A program made the translations under genes and the position numbers. 64,000 nucleotides of DNA from Thermodesulfobacteriota bacterium (lineage in GTDB: Bacteria > Desulfobacterota_D > UBA1144 > Nemesobacterales > Nemesobacteraceae): NCBI GenBank assembly GCA_965202785.1, contig OZ241855.1:672001-736000 (forward strand). The letters are read 5' to 3'. Numbering within the stretch: position 1 is the first letter of the stretch; each line of letters starts with the position of its first letter. Of the stretch, positions 29,364 to 40,465 are shown one piece after another. The notes beneath the pieces are model-generated. The model ran no database searches. It was not told the origin of the DNA and saw only the letters and a list, made by a program, of their open reading frames with translations.

Positions 29364-30437
29364 TTGAAGATACTCTACGCCATACAGGGAACCGGAAACG
29401 GCCACATAAGCCGCTCAAAAGACGTGATAGCCGAACTTCGCAAGTCGGTCGAGGTCGACATAATGGTAAGCGAGCGCCAGCACGAGATAGACCTCGGCTT
29501 CGAGGTCAAGTACAACCTGCGGGGGCTTGGATTCGTTTTCGGGAAAAACGGCGGAATAGATTACTACGCCTCCATAAAGAAGGCCCGCTTCGACAAGCTG
29601 CTCGGAGACGTAAACGACCTTCCCGTGGCCGATTACGACATGGTGGTAAGCGACTTCGAGCCCATATCCTCCTGGGCGTGCCGCCTCAAGAAAAGGCCCT
29701 GCGTGTCTCTCTCCCACCAGACGTCGTTCGCCTCCCCCAAGACCCCGAGGCCCGAGAAGCCGAACAAGATAATGGAATTCATAATAAAGTGGTACGCTCC
29801 GGTGTGCATACCGCTCGGGCTTCATTTCCGCGAGTACGACAACTTCATAAAGACCCCCATAATAAGAAAGGAGCTTCGCCGCTATGAAGTGCGCCGAAAC
29901 GGCCACTACACGGTCTACCTCCCGAGCTTCGACGAGCGGAAGCTGGTCGGGCACCTCGGGAAAATCGACGTGCGCTGGGAGCTTTTCTCAAAACACTACA
30001 AGGGAGAGCCCTACACCGAGGGAAACGTCACCGTGTACCCGGTAAGCTACGAGAAGTTCATAGAAAGCTTCACCGGAAGCGAGGGCATACTCACAAACGC
30101 CGGGTTCGAGACGCCGTCCGAGGCCCTTTTCCTGGGCAAGAAGCTGCTCGCGGTGCCGATGAAGGGGCAGTACGAGCAGGAGTGCAACGCGGTGGCGCTT
30201 GAGCAGATGGGATTCGAGGTGCTCCACAAGGTGGGCAATGATTTCGAAAGCACGCTTGAGAGATGGGTATCCCTTCCCAGGGCGCAGCCCGAACCCTACA
30301 GAAACGTCGTTCCCGACATATCGGAAACCATACTCGCCCTTGCCGAGCGCTACGGGGGGAAAGAGGAATACGGACACCCGACCGGCTCCCCTATCGAGGA
30401 CGCCGAGCGAAAGGGACTCCTTGATCTTTTTCTCTGA
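29364..30437 (+). CDS. GT-B glycosyltransferase (MJ1255/VC2487-like)
   Basis: KILYAIQGTGNGHISR, SDFEP, NAGFETPSEAL, P.KGQYEQ..NA; TTG start 29364. Confidence 0.88.
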   Translation: MKILYAIQGTGNGHISRSKDVIAELRKSVEVDIMVSERQHEIDLGFEVKYNLRGLGFVFGKNGGIDYYASIKKARFDKLLGDVNDLPVADYDMVVSDFEPISSWACRLKKRPCVSLSHQTSFASPKTPRPEKPNKIMEFIIKWYAPVCIPLGLHFREYDNFIKTPIIRKELRRYEVRRNGHYTVYLPSFDERKLVGHLGKIDVRWELFSKHYKGEPYTEGNVTVYPVSYEKFIESFTGSEGILTNAGFETPSEALFLGKKLLAVPMKGQYEQECNAVALEQMGFEVLHKVGNDFESTLERWVSLPRAQPEPYRNVVPDISETILALAERYGGKEEYGHPTGSPIEDAERKGLLDLFL

Positions 30438-30460
30438 GAATAAAACCGCGGCAGGGGAAA

Positions 30461-31087
30461 TCAGGAAAGAAAGAACCAGAAGACCGCGATACCGAGAACC
30501 AGTCCCGCCAGTGTCTGGGCCAGGCTGTGGCACCCGAGCCTCACCCTCGACCACGCGACCAGCAGGGCAAGGGGCGGGATAACGAAAACCAGCGCCTCGT
30601 GGGGATGGGCAAACACCACCGCCCCGAGCGCTCCCATCGCGGCGCAGTGACCGCTTATCTTCCAGTAAAGCGAAACCAGTATCCAGAGGCCCGTAAGCGC
30701 AAGGCACAGGTAGCCGAGCGTGACCAGGGCGCCCGGGCCGCCGACGAAGCCGTAGAGAACGAGCAGCAATACCGAGTAGACGAAAACGACGCTGAGGGGC
30801 CTTATCCGCTCCTCTCTCACGCTCATATGAAAATCCGTCACCTTGCCCTTGCCCATGAGATAGAATATGTAGGCCGTCGGGACGAGCACGAAAAGGAACA
30901 TAAAAAGAGAAATCCAGAGAAACTTGGCGGAGTGGTCAAGCGAGTAGGAGCAGAGAATCACCGCGTAGAAAACCACAAGCGGGGGTGAGAAAACGGTGGA
31001 GACAAAGTTCGCCGCACCTGCGGCCCTGCCGCCCTCGGCTGGGCGCGGAAACGTGATCTTCTGGGCTACGTTGTCGTTATTAATCAT
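30461..31087 (-). CDS. PAP2-like membrane protein
   Basis: 6 TM; KISGH and WSRVRLGCH motifs. Confidence 0.7.
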   Translation of the reverse strand: MINNDNVAQKITFPRPAEGGRAAGAANFVSTVFSPPLVVFYAVILCSYSLDHSAKFLWISLFMFLFVLVPTAYIFYLMGKGKVTDFHMSVREERIRPLSVVFVYSVLLLVLYGFVGGPGALVTLGYLCLALTGLWILVSLYWKISGHCAAMGALGAVVFAHPHEALVFVIPPLALLVAWSRVRLGCHSLAQTLAGLVLGIAVFWFFLS

Positions 31088-31258
31088 CTATCTCTCGACC
31101 CTGTATAGAATAAAAACCGCATGGAGCGCAAAAAACAAGGGGGAAACCGAAGGTTTTGCGTTTTTTAATCACTCTTTTAAAAACCGTTAACACATCCTTA
31201 AACTTAGAAGGCCGGTGTTTTCTAAAACCCGCGAATAATCTGTATAATACCCGACGGG

Positions 31259-32080
31259 ATGACTGCGAAATGGAAAAAGAGCTTCCTTGGCCGCCGTGCG
31301 GGAGCGGCGACCGCCCTCTGTGTCATGGGGGCGCTCGTATCGGGATACCTGCTCGTGGCTGATTTCGTGCTCGGGGGCGCGGAGCTCTGCCTTACGGGCA
31401 AGGGCTGCGACGTGGTGAGAGAGAGCCGGTACTCGAGCATCGGAGGCATCCCGGTCTCGCTGCTCGGAGTCTTGGGATATGCGGCCATGGCTGCGGTTTC
31501 CGTCTCGCGCCTCGGGCGGCGGACGAAGTGGAACCTTCTTTTCTGGCTATCGGCTGTGGCCGTCGGTTTTTCAGCCTACCTGACCTACCTTGAACTTTTC
31601 ATAATAGAGGCGCTTTGCTCATGGTGCATCGCCTCGGCCGCAATCGCGGCGGCGCTGTTTCTGCTCGCAGCCTCTCGAACAACCGGCAACGCCATAAAGT
31701 CCTTCGGCGGAGCGGCGGCGCTGTTTGTCCTAGTGTTTGCCGCGTCTTACTCGATTCATTCCCCCGCCCCGCAGGAAAACCCACCGTCCGCAGCCACCTT
31801 TTACCAGGTAAGCCTTGCGAAATACCTCTCGGAGCGCGAAGCGACCATGTACGGCTCACACACCTGCGTTCACTGCGAGAACCAGAAGGAGCTTTTCGGG
31901 GGGGCCTTCGGCCACATAACCTACGTCGAGTGCAGCCGAAGCGGTCCCGACCCCGATCCCGCCCTCTGCGCGGCCAAGAACATAAAAAGCTACCCCACTT
32001 GGGAAATCGGCGGAGAGTTCCACGAGGGGATAAAAACCCTCGAGCAGCTCGGGGAGATCTCGGGTTATTCGGGCAAGTGA
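31259..32080 (+). CDS. VKOR domain fused to thioredoxin-like domain
   Basis: C-x5-C..V..S.YS, LTYLE...LCSWC; then MYG...CVHC..QKELFG...YVEC...C...YPTW. Confidence 0.92.
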   Translation: MTAKWKKSFLGRRAGAATALCVMGALVSGYLLVADFVLGGAELCLTGKGCDVVRESRYSSIGGIPVSLLGVLGYAAMAAVSVSRLGRRTKWNLLFWLSAVAVGFSAYLTYLELFIIEALCSWCIASAAIAAALFLLAASRTTGNAIKSFGGAAALFVLVFAASYSIHSPAPQENPPSAATFYQVSLAKYLSEREATMYGSHTCVHCENQKELFGGAFGHITYVECSRSGPDPDPALCAAKNIKSYPTWEIGGEFHEGIKTLEQLGEISGYSGK

Positions 32081-32201
32081 AGGCTCCCCTACAAGGTGCT
32101 GCGATCACTTGCTATTTCTTTGACAAGGGGCTTTTATCAATTATCCTTATCTGAGCATCCACATTATATTGAGTCGCTACAGGGCGGCAACGGGGTGAAG
32201 G

Positions 32202-33044
32202 GTGGAGAAAAAAAACGACGGATTATCGCTCATAGTATGCTGTAACAAGTCCGGATGGACCAGGGCTTGGGGCATAAGCAGGGAGCGGTTCCAGTTCGTG
32301 CTGGGCGCCTTGGGGATTTTCGTGCTGGGTGTGCTTTTCTCCTTTTTCCTGTCATACAAGTTCTACGGGGAAGCGCAAGAGGTCCGGGTGCAGAAGCAGG
32401 ACGAGATAGACGAACTGCTAGCCGTCGTCGAGGCGATGTCGCACGACATAATCGTAGATAAGAAACTAGAGGACAAGTTCATAAAAAGGGTCCTTCGTCT
32501 TGAGAAGAAGCTCGCCTCTATGGAAAGGACGCTCTCTGAGAAAAAACGGACAAGAACCCCCCCTATAGGAGGAAGCGGCTTCCGGACAAATGATATCGGT
32601 CATGATTACTTCGACGCGGTCGAGAAGGACATAGACCGCCTCACCGAGGTCATGGACTCCATTCCTCTCGGAAAACCCATCCCGGGAGGAATCTCCTCGC
32701 ACTACGGCTACAGGAAAAACCCCTTCTCGGAAGCCAGGGAGTTTCACGGCGGAGTTGATTTCAGGGGGAAGATAGGAGACGGGGTCGCGGCCACGGCGGA
32801 CGGCGTCGTTGAGAAGGCCAACTACGCTAAGGGCTACGGAAAGCGCGTTATCATCAAGCATAAAAAAGGCTATAAGACTCTCTACGGACATCTCTCCAAG
32901 ATAGCTGTCACCAAGGGCCAGAAGGTTGTAGCGGGAGAGAAGATAGGGGAAGTAGGGTCGACCGGCCGCTCGACCGGGCCGCATCTTCACTACGAGATAA
33001 TAAGGTACGGAAAGAGGATCAACCCCAAAAAATACATAAGATAA
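32202..33044 (+). CDS. M23 family metallopeptidase
   Basis: HGGVD, YGHLS, GSTGRSTGPHLHYE; N-terminal TM and coiled coil. Confidence 0.93.
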   Translation: MEKKNDGLSLIVCCNKSGWTRAWGISRERFQFVLGALGIFVLGVLFSFFLSYKFYGEAQEVRVQKQDEIDELLAVVEAMSHDIIVDKKLEDKFIKRVLRLEKKLASMERTLSEKKRTRTPPIGGSGFRTNDIGHDYFDAVEKDIDRLTEVMDSIPLGKPIPGGISSHYGYRKNPFSEAREFHGGVDFRGKIGDGVAATADGVVEKANYAKGYGKRVIIKHKKGYKTLYGHLSKIAVTKGQKVVAGEKIGEVGSTGRSTGPHLHYEIIRYGKRINPKKYIR

Positions 33045-33056
33045 GGAAAAGCCCGC

Positions 33057-33473
33057 ATGTACAACAGCAAGCGGAAGAACAAAAACAATAACTCGGGTGC
33101 CATGGAAACAGTTCTGGGCGAAGGCGTGGTGTTCGAGGGAATCATCTCGTGCGCGGGATCAATGAAGGTCGAAGGTGAACTCAAGGGAGACATAAAAGTC
33201 GCCAATTCAATCGTGGTGGGTCCTAACGGTTCGGTGACCGGGGACATAACCGCCAGAGAGGTCATCATATTCGGGAAAGTAACCGGAAAGATGGATGCCG
33301 GGGTGCTCGAGATTAAAAGCACGGGAGAAATAACGGGAGAAGTCCTGATCGAGACCCTGATAACCGAGGCCGGGGGAATCATGAGGGCGAAGTGCGAAAT
33401 GAAAAGCCCCGCACCGAAAGGCGTAAAGGAGAAAGTCCCGGTGCCCAGTTCCTCCCAAGCGGCGAAACCCTAA
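33057..33473 (+). CDS. Bactofilin (polymer-forming cytoskeletal protein)
   Basis: TVLGEGVVFEG...KVEG.LKGDI...G.V.GDI.A beta-helix repeats; typical pairing with M23. Confidence 0.92.
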   Translation: MYNSKRKNKNNNSGAMETVLGEGVVFEGIISCAGSMKVEGELKGDIKVANSIVVGPNGSVTGDITAREVIIFGKVTGKMDAGVLEIKSTGEITGEVLIETLITEAGGIMRAKCEMKSPAPKGVKEKVPVPSSSQAAKP

Positions 33474-33925
33474 TGGTGGTGGCTGCGGCGGCTTGCCTCC
33501 GGGGGATCGAGGACAGGCGCCGTAACCGATATCCGCGCGCCCGAGCGGAACTTTAACTCCAAAATCACGCTTTCTTTTATATCGCCCGAGAGCCCCTCTA
33601 GCATCACGTGATAGCCTCCCGGCAAAAGGGCGACCGACTTGCCCGCCGGAACCTCAATCGAAGCAACTTTCTTCATTGCCATTGAACCTTCCCTCATCTC
33701 AGTAACATGAAGCGAAGACGAAGAGGAGCAGCTGCAGCTTACCTCCAAAAGTTCGTCTCCCACGGCAGCGGGGTTCTCAATAACCATGTAGGCCGCGGTC
33801 ACGGAAGTGCCCGGGGGATTTTGCCTTACCCACGGATCCTTAACGGAGATTTCCTCCCTGCTCCAAGCCGGGGGAGCAGCAAGAAAGAAAACAGCTAAAA
33901 CGATCAGGGCTTTTCTTATGTTCAT
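33470..33925 (-). CDS. Copper chaperone PCu(A)C
   Basis: DPWVR...TAAYM...LH...M.M...PGGYHVML; signal peptide. Confidence 0.92.
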   Translation of the reverse strand: MNIRKALIVLAVFFLAAPPAWSREEISVKDPWVRQNPPGTSVTAAYMVIENPAAVGDELLEVSCSCSSSSSLHVTEMREGSMAMKKVASIEVPAGKSVALLPGGYHVMLEGLSGDIKESVILELKFRSGARISVTAPVLDPPEASRRSHHH

Positions 33926-33931
33926 CAGCGC

Positions 33932-34522
33932 TTACAGAAGAAGGCGTTTTACGTCGCCTGCGATTTTCTCCGGGTCAAGCTTTTCCTTGGGGTAGCGAAG
34001 GATCATTTCGCCTCCGGGGCCTATCAGGTAAACCGCGGGCGAATGAACCACGCCGTAGTCTGATTCCGAGTCCCCCTGCTCCTTTGAATAAAAGGTTCCG
34101 CAGGCGTCGTTTACCTGCTTTATCGTCTGCTTCGGTCCGGTGAGGCCGACTATGCGGTCGTGGAAAAACGGAACGTATTCCCCGAGTCTGGCCACGGTGT
34201 CGCGCTCCGGGTCAACGGTTATGAAAAGCGCCATGGCCCCCTCGTCTCCCACAAGGTCAAGCACCTCTCCCAGCATCCCCAAGGTGGTAGGGCATACATC
34301 CGGACAGTTCGTAAACCCGAAGTTAAGCAGTATGACCTTGCCCGAGTGGCCGGAAAGAGAAAACTCCCGGTTCCGGTGGTCGGTCAGGGAAAAGTCAAAG
34401 GCGGGGCGGCGATACTCATCCCCATAAAAGCTTCCCTTGTCCGTGCCGAGAAACCCAAGGACCGCAGCCCACACGAGAGCAATCAGCGCCAAAGTGATTA
34501 AAAGCCAGTAGTGCCGTTTCAT
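33932..34522 (-). CDS. SCO1/SenC family protein
   Basis: FGFTNCPDVCP, ITVDPERDT, conserved His (VVHS). Confidence 0.95.
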   Translation of the reverse strand: MKRHYWLLITLALIALVWAAVLGFLGTDKGSFYGDEYRRPAFDFSLTDHRNREFSLSGHSGKVILLNFGFTNCPDVCPTTLGMLGEVLDLVGDEGAMALFITVDPERDTVARLGEYVPFFHDRIVGLTGPKQTIKQVNDACGTFYSKEQGDSESDYGVVHSPAVYLIGPGGEMILRYPKEKLDPEKIAGDVKRLLL

Positions 34523-34580
34523 TTTAAGGGACTCCGTAACAGACTAGGGCAGGAAATATACACCAACTTTCCGATTAAAC

Positions 34581-34670
34581 AAAAAAAAGAGCGCCTCAGG
34601 GGGGCCGAGGCGCTCTTCCTAACAAAAAGGAGGATGAAGGATGAGTATTGATCAATGTTTCTAATCAACA
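34581..34670 (-). ncRNA. Candidate small RNA (~90 nt)
   Basis: Own promoter, 5' hairpin, C/U-rich single strand (UCAUCCUUCAUCCUCCU), GC-rich terminator plus U8; no ORF. Confidence 0.65.
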
Positions 34671-34676
34671 CTATAA

Positions 34677-34704
34677 AATATAAGTAATTTACTTAAACTG
34701 TCAA
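34677..34704 (-). promoter_or_regulatory. Sigma70-type promoter with palindromic spacer
   Basis: TTGACA-N16-TATATT; TAAGTAA-T-TTACTTA palindrome at 34681-34695. Confidence 0.65.
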
Positions 34705-34732
34705 GGGAAAATTAAAAAAAATTTAAAACGGC

Positions 34733-34773
34733 AAAAAAAAAGCGGGCAGGGCGCCCATGCGCCGTGCCCGCTT
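34733..34773 (-). terminator. groESL terminator
   Basis: aagcgggca...tgcccgctt stem followed by T9 on the minus strand. Confidence 0.85.
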
Positions 34774-34801
34774 CGTGGTTTCTGCCAGGTAGAGGCGGAT
34801 T

Positions 34802-36752
<1,951 letters not shown>

Positions 36753-36786
36753 CTCTAATACCTCCTTTTAACTTTTTAAAGCTGGG

Positions 36787-36813
36787 CTGGCACTTACACC
36801 TTCCAAGTGCCAA
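36787..36813 (-). promoter_or_regulatory. CIRCE element (HrcA operator)
   Basis: TTGGCACTT-N9-AAGTGCCAG versus consensus TTAGCACTC-N9-GAGTGCTAA, just downstream of a TTGACA -35 at 36845-36840. Confidence 0.88.
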
Positions 36814-36878
36814 CTATAAAGTAAGCACGTTTTTATGAGTGTCAAGGGAAATAAGGAAAAAAACAGGGATTTCCAGGG

Positions 36879-39491
36879 CTAGGAACGGTCCCGCTTTGCT
36901 TTCTCGCAGAGTTCCGCGAGTTTCTCAAGCGCCTCCATTGGGGTCATGTTCATGGGGTCAAGGGCCGCTAGATCTTCCGCCAGAAGCCCTTCCTTCCTAA
37001 ACGCAGTCTCAGATTCCCCGTCCGATTCCGTATCGAAAAGAAGAAGCTGACCGCCAAGCATAGACTCGGAGAGAGAGGCCTTTAACTTCTCAAGGGAAAA
37101 AAGAACTTTCCTCGCGGAATTAAGAACCTTCGCTGGAACCCCGGCAAGCCGGGCCACCTGTATCCCGTAACTGTGGCTCGTCGCGCCCGGGATGAGCTTG
37201 CGGAGAAACAGTATCTCCCCTCCCTCTTCCTTTACCGACACGTTGGAGTTGGTGATCCCGGGCTTTACGTCCGCCAGGTTCGACAGTTCGTGGTAGTGGG
37301 TGGCGAAAAGGGTAACGGGGCCCAGGTCGTAGAGATACTCTGAAACCGCCCACGCTATGCTCATCCCGTCAAATGTGCTCGTGCCCCGACCGATCTCATC
37401 AAGTATGACGAGGCTCCTCGGGGTGGCGTTTCGCAGTATATGCGCGGTCTCAACCATCTCGACCATGAAGGTCGAGCGGCCGGCCGTGAGATTATCAGAC
37501 GCCCCCACCCTTGAAAAAATACGGTCGACTATCCCTAGGCGTGCCGCCCGGGCCGGAACGAAACTTCCCATCTGGGCCATAAGCGATATGAGCGCCACCT
37601 GCCTTATTAGGGTCGACTTGCCGGACATGTTGGGCCCCGTGATGATCATGAAGCGCTTGTCCTCTGAATCAAGGGTGACGTCGTTCGGGACGAACCCCCT
37701 CTCAAGGCCTATCCTCTCGACCACGGGATGGCGGGAGTCTCTGAGTTCGATCGCGGGGTGCGGGACAAATTCAGGCCTGCAGTAACCGTAGCGCGATGCG
37801 ATCTCTCCCATGGAGCAGAAAACGTCCGTCTCCGCAACTACAGCCGCCGTGGCCTTTACGCGCGGGGACTCGGCGGCGGCCTGCTTGCGCACCTGCTCGA
37901 AAAGCGAGGCCTCAAGCTCGGTTATACGCTCTGCGGCGGTGAGTATCTGCTCTTCGTATTCCTTAAGTTCGGGAGAAATGAAGCGCTCGCTTCCCGCAAG
38001 AGTCTGTCTTCTTGAGTAATTCTCGGGCACGAGAGAAAGCTTGGAATTGGTAACCTCGATGTAGTAGCCGAACACCCTGTTGTAGCCAATCTTCAGGTTC
38101 GCTATCCCCGTTCTCTCCCTCTCGCTCCCCTCAAGTTCGGATATCCATTTCCGCCCGTCGCTCTGGATCTTGCGGAGCCGGTCAAGCTCGAGGGAGAACC
38201 CTTCCCTTATCACTCCTCCATCCCGCGCGAAAACGGGCGGCGCATCGACAAGGGCGCCCTCTAGGTAACCGCGCAGGTCGCGAAAATTATCCATTCTCTC
38301 CCGAAGCGACGCAAGGGCTTCTGAGTCAAGATCCAACATAGCGTCGCGGAGTCTTTCTATGTAAAACGAGGAATCCCGAAGGGATGCAAGGTCTCTGGGT
38401 CTTGCGGAAGGAGTCTCGATCCTGTGGATCAGCCTCTCAAGATCCCCGACCTTCCCGAGCGCCTCCACGAGATCTTCTCTCGCGGAAAGGCTCTCAAGCA
38501 ATTCTCCAACGGCTTCCTGCCTTTTCCCTATTTCTTCTGCGTCAAGCAGTGGGTAGCTCATCCAGCGGCGAAGCAGCCTAGCGCCCATCGGCGAGCGGGT
38601 CTCGTCCATTATGCCGAGCAGCGAGTGCTTAAGGGATCCTTCTGTCGAACTTCGAAGCTCAAGGTTCCTCGCAGTCCACTCGTCTATTTTCATGTAGTCG
38701 ACCGTGTCGTAGTACCTGGGAAACTCTACCTCCGGCATGAAGTTCTTCTGCGTTTCCCGAAGGTAATCAAAAAGCACCCCGCAGGCACGGACACATCCGG
38801 GTTCCTTCTCGATCTCAAGGGCTTCTAAGGTAAGCACCGAGAAACCGTCTGTGAGAATTTCCCTGCATCTCTCAAATTCCCACTTCCAGGAATCAACCTT
38901 CGTTACAATGGTACGGGGATTTGCGTCTAACAGGGTTTTAAGCCAATGAAGTTCCGAGTCTGAATCCGCGATGAGAATTTCCTTCGGGCCAAGGTGCGCA
39001 AGTTCCGAGACAAGGTCTTCAGGCGAGCGGAAAAAAGATGTCCTGAACTCCCCTGTCGAGATGTCGCAGAAGCAAAGTGCGGAGCCGTTTTTTTCTTCGG
39101 CTACGCACGCGAGGAAATTATTGCTTTTTGATTCGAGGTTTTCCGAGTCCAGAACGGCCCCGGGGGTAAAGACCCTCACGACCTTTCTCTCTACAAGCCC
39201 TCTTGTTTTCTTCGGGTCGCCCACCTGTTCGCAGATTGCCACCTTCTTTCCGCTTCCGAGGAGCTTTGATATGTGAGGTTCCGCGCTGTGGAAGGGAACA
39301 CCGCATAAAGGCACCGGATTTTTTTTCGAACGGTCCCTCGAGGTGAGTGCTATTCCGAGTATTTCCGACGCAGTTTTCGCGTCGTTGTAAAACATCTCGT
39401 AGAAGTCTCCCAGCCTGAAAAGAAGTATTGCGTCCGGATACTCCCTTTTCACGCTTAAGTACTGGCTCATAAGGGGGGTCTGTGAACTCAT
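36879..39491 (-). CDS. mutS: DNA mismatch repair protein MutS
   Basis: TPLM.QY, FRLGDFYEMF, TGPNMSGKST, STFMVEM, DEIGRGT, FATHY; start ATG 39491. Confidence 0.98.
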   Translation of the reverse strand: MSSQTPLMSQYLSVKREYPDAILLFRLGDFYEMFYNDAKTASEILGIALTSRDRSKKNPVPLCGVPFHSAEPHISKLLGSGKKVAICEQVGDPKKTRGLVERKVVRVFTPGAVLDSENLESKSNNFLACVAEEKNGSALCFCDISTGEFRTSFFRSPEDLVSELAHLGPKEILIADSDSELHWLKTLLDANPRTIVTKVDSWKWEFERCREILTDGFSVLTLEALEIEKEPGCVRACGVLFDYLRETQKNFMPEVEFPRYYDTVDYMKIDEWTARNLELRSSTEGSLKHSLLGIMDETRSPMGARLLRRWMSYPLLDAEEIGKRQEAVGELLESLSAREDLVEALGKVGDLERLIHRIETPSARPRDLASLRDSSFYIERLRDAMLDLDSEALASLRERMDNFRDLRGYLEGALVDAPPVFARDGGVIREGFSLELDRLRKIQSDGRKWISELEGSERERTGIANLKIGYNRVFGYYIEVTNSKLSLVPENYSRRQTLAGSERFISPELKEYEEQILTAAERITELEASLFEQVRKQAAAESPRVKATAAVVAETDVFCSMGEIASRYGYCRPEFVPHPAIELRDSRHPVVERIGLERGFVPNDVTLDSEDKRFMIITGPNMSGKSTLIRQVALISLMAQMGSFVPARAARLGIVDRIFSRVGASDNLTAGRSTFMVEMVETAHILRNATPRSLVILDEIGRGTSTFDGMSIAWAVSEYLYDLGPVTLFATHYHELSNLADVKPGITNSNVSVKEEGGEILFLRKLIPGATSHSYGIQVARLAGVPAKVLNSARKVLFSLEKLKASLSESMLGGQLLLFDTESDGESETAFRKEGLLAEDLAALDPMNMTPMEALEKLAELCEKAKRDRS

Positions 39492-39699
39492 TGAATCATT
39501 ATTATACAGAATTGTGACAGGGTTTCGGAAATACCGGGACTGTACCATGACCCTAACAATCAGCAACGGAAAGAAAATCCGTTTTTTTAAAAGAACGCCG
39601 ATTCCGGCAGAAAAAAGGCTTTTGGTTTTCTCAACATTCGACTGCGGCGGGGGACGGAGGGACTTACATTTCAACTACGGTTTGCTATATGTGAGAATT

Positions 39700-40050
39700 A
39701 ACTACCCTTCCGTTGAAGAAACATTTCAAACTCAACCTGTTCCCAAGTCTTTGAAATGACGATACGGACGCAACTGGTCGATCACGAGGAGATTCTCGGC
39801 GACCTGTATCATAAGATTGGGTTCCTCGGAAATAAAGTGCATCCAAGGCGACAGCGCCTGTGCGCCGGACGAGACCGTGCCCTGGCCCAGGGTAATCTAA
39901 GTTTCCTGTACCCCGCACTGCCGTTTTACGGGAAATTCATCTTTAACTCTTTCATAGAAGGTTTCGGGAACCGTGTCATTCCACGCCGAATCCGCAAATA
40001 TATTTCACAGAGAGCTTCAACAACGAATATCTCCCTGCAACTTCGTTCCA
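39700..40050 (-). pseudogene. Degraded TIGR04255-like gene
   Basis: VVEALCEIY, frameshift, then ADSAWNDTVPETFYERVKDEFPVKRQ...ET* (TAG 39899-39897) ...MIQVAENLLVIDQLRPY; boundaries approximate. Confidence 0.6.
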
Positions 40051-40392
40051 ACACCGTACCGGCTAGAACCGTTACAGGAAATCTGTTCGCGTGGCAACTG
40101 TGCACTCATGATTATATCCTTGATAGGTCAGCTCAAAGATGAGAAACGATGACCCCAAACCTTGCAAGTAAGAAGGAATACTTCTCAGAATCCACAAGTC
40201 GGGGGGAGAGATCAGATGTGGTCAGTTAATTACAGGAGGGGAACTTTACATTCACTATACGCCGAAGCTCCCACAGTTTTAACCCGAGATAGAGAGATTG
40301 GAACTCCACGACATCGGTGCCTTGACCACTGTATTGCGAACCTTACGTACGGGAGGTGACAGATCAGGATTTACCACACAGGGAGGATACTC

Positions 40393-40446
40393 AAAAAAAC
40401 TGACGGCACGCAACTCCTTAGTGAGTAAAGAGCTACGTGCCGTCAG
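40393..40446 (-). terminator. Terminator of RTX-like lipoprotein 2
   Basis: ctgacggcacg/cgtgccgtcag stem plus T7 on the minus strand. Confidence 0.85.
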
Positions 40447-40465
40447 GAACTATAAGAAATTTAGC

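Noticed and set aside
39756-40142. 128-aa plus-strand ORF
   Set aside because: Antisense to the minus-strand pseudogene, which looks more protein-like.
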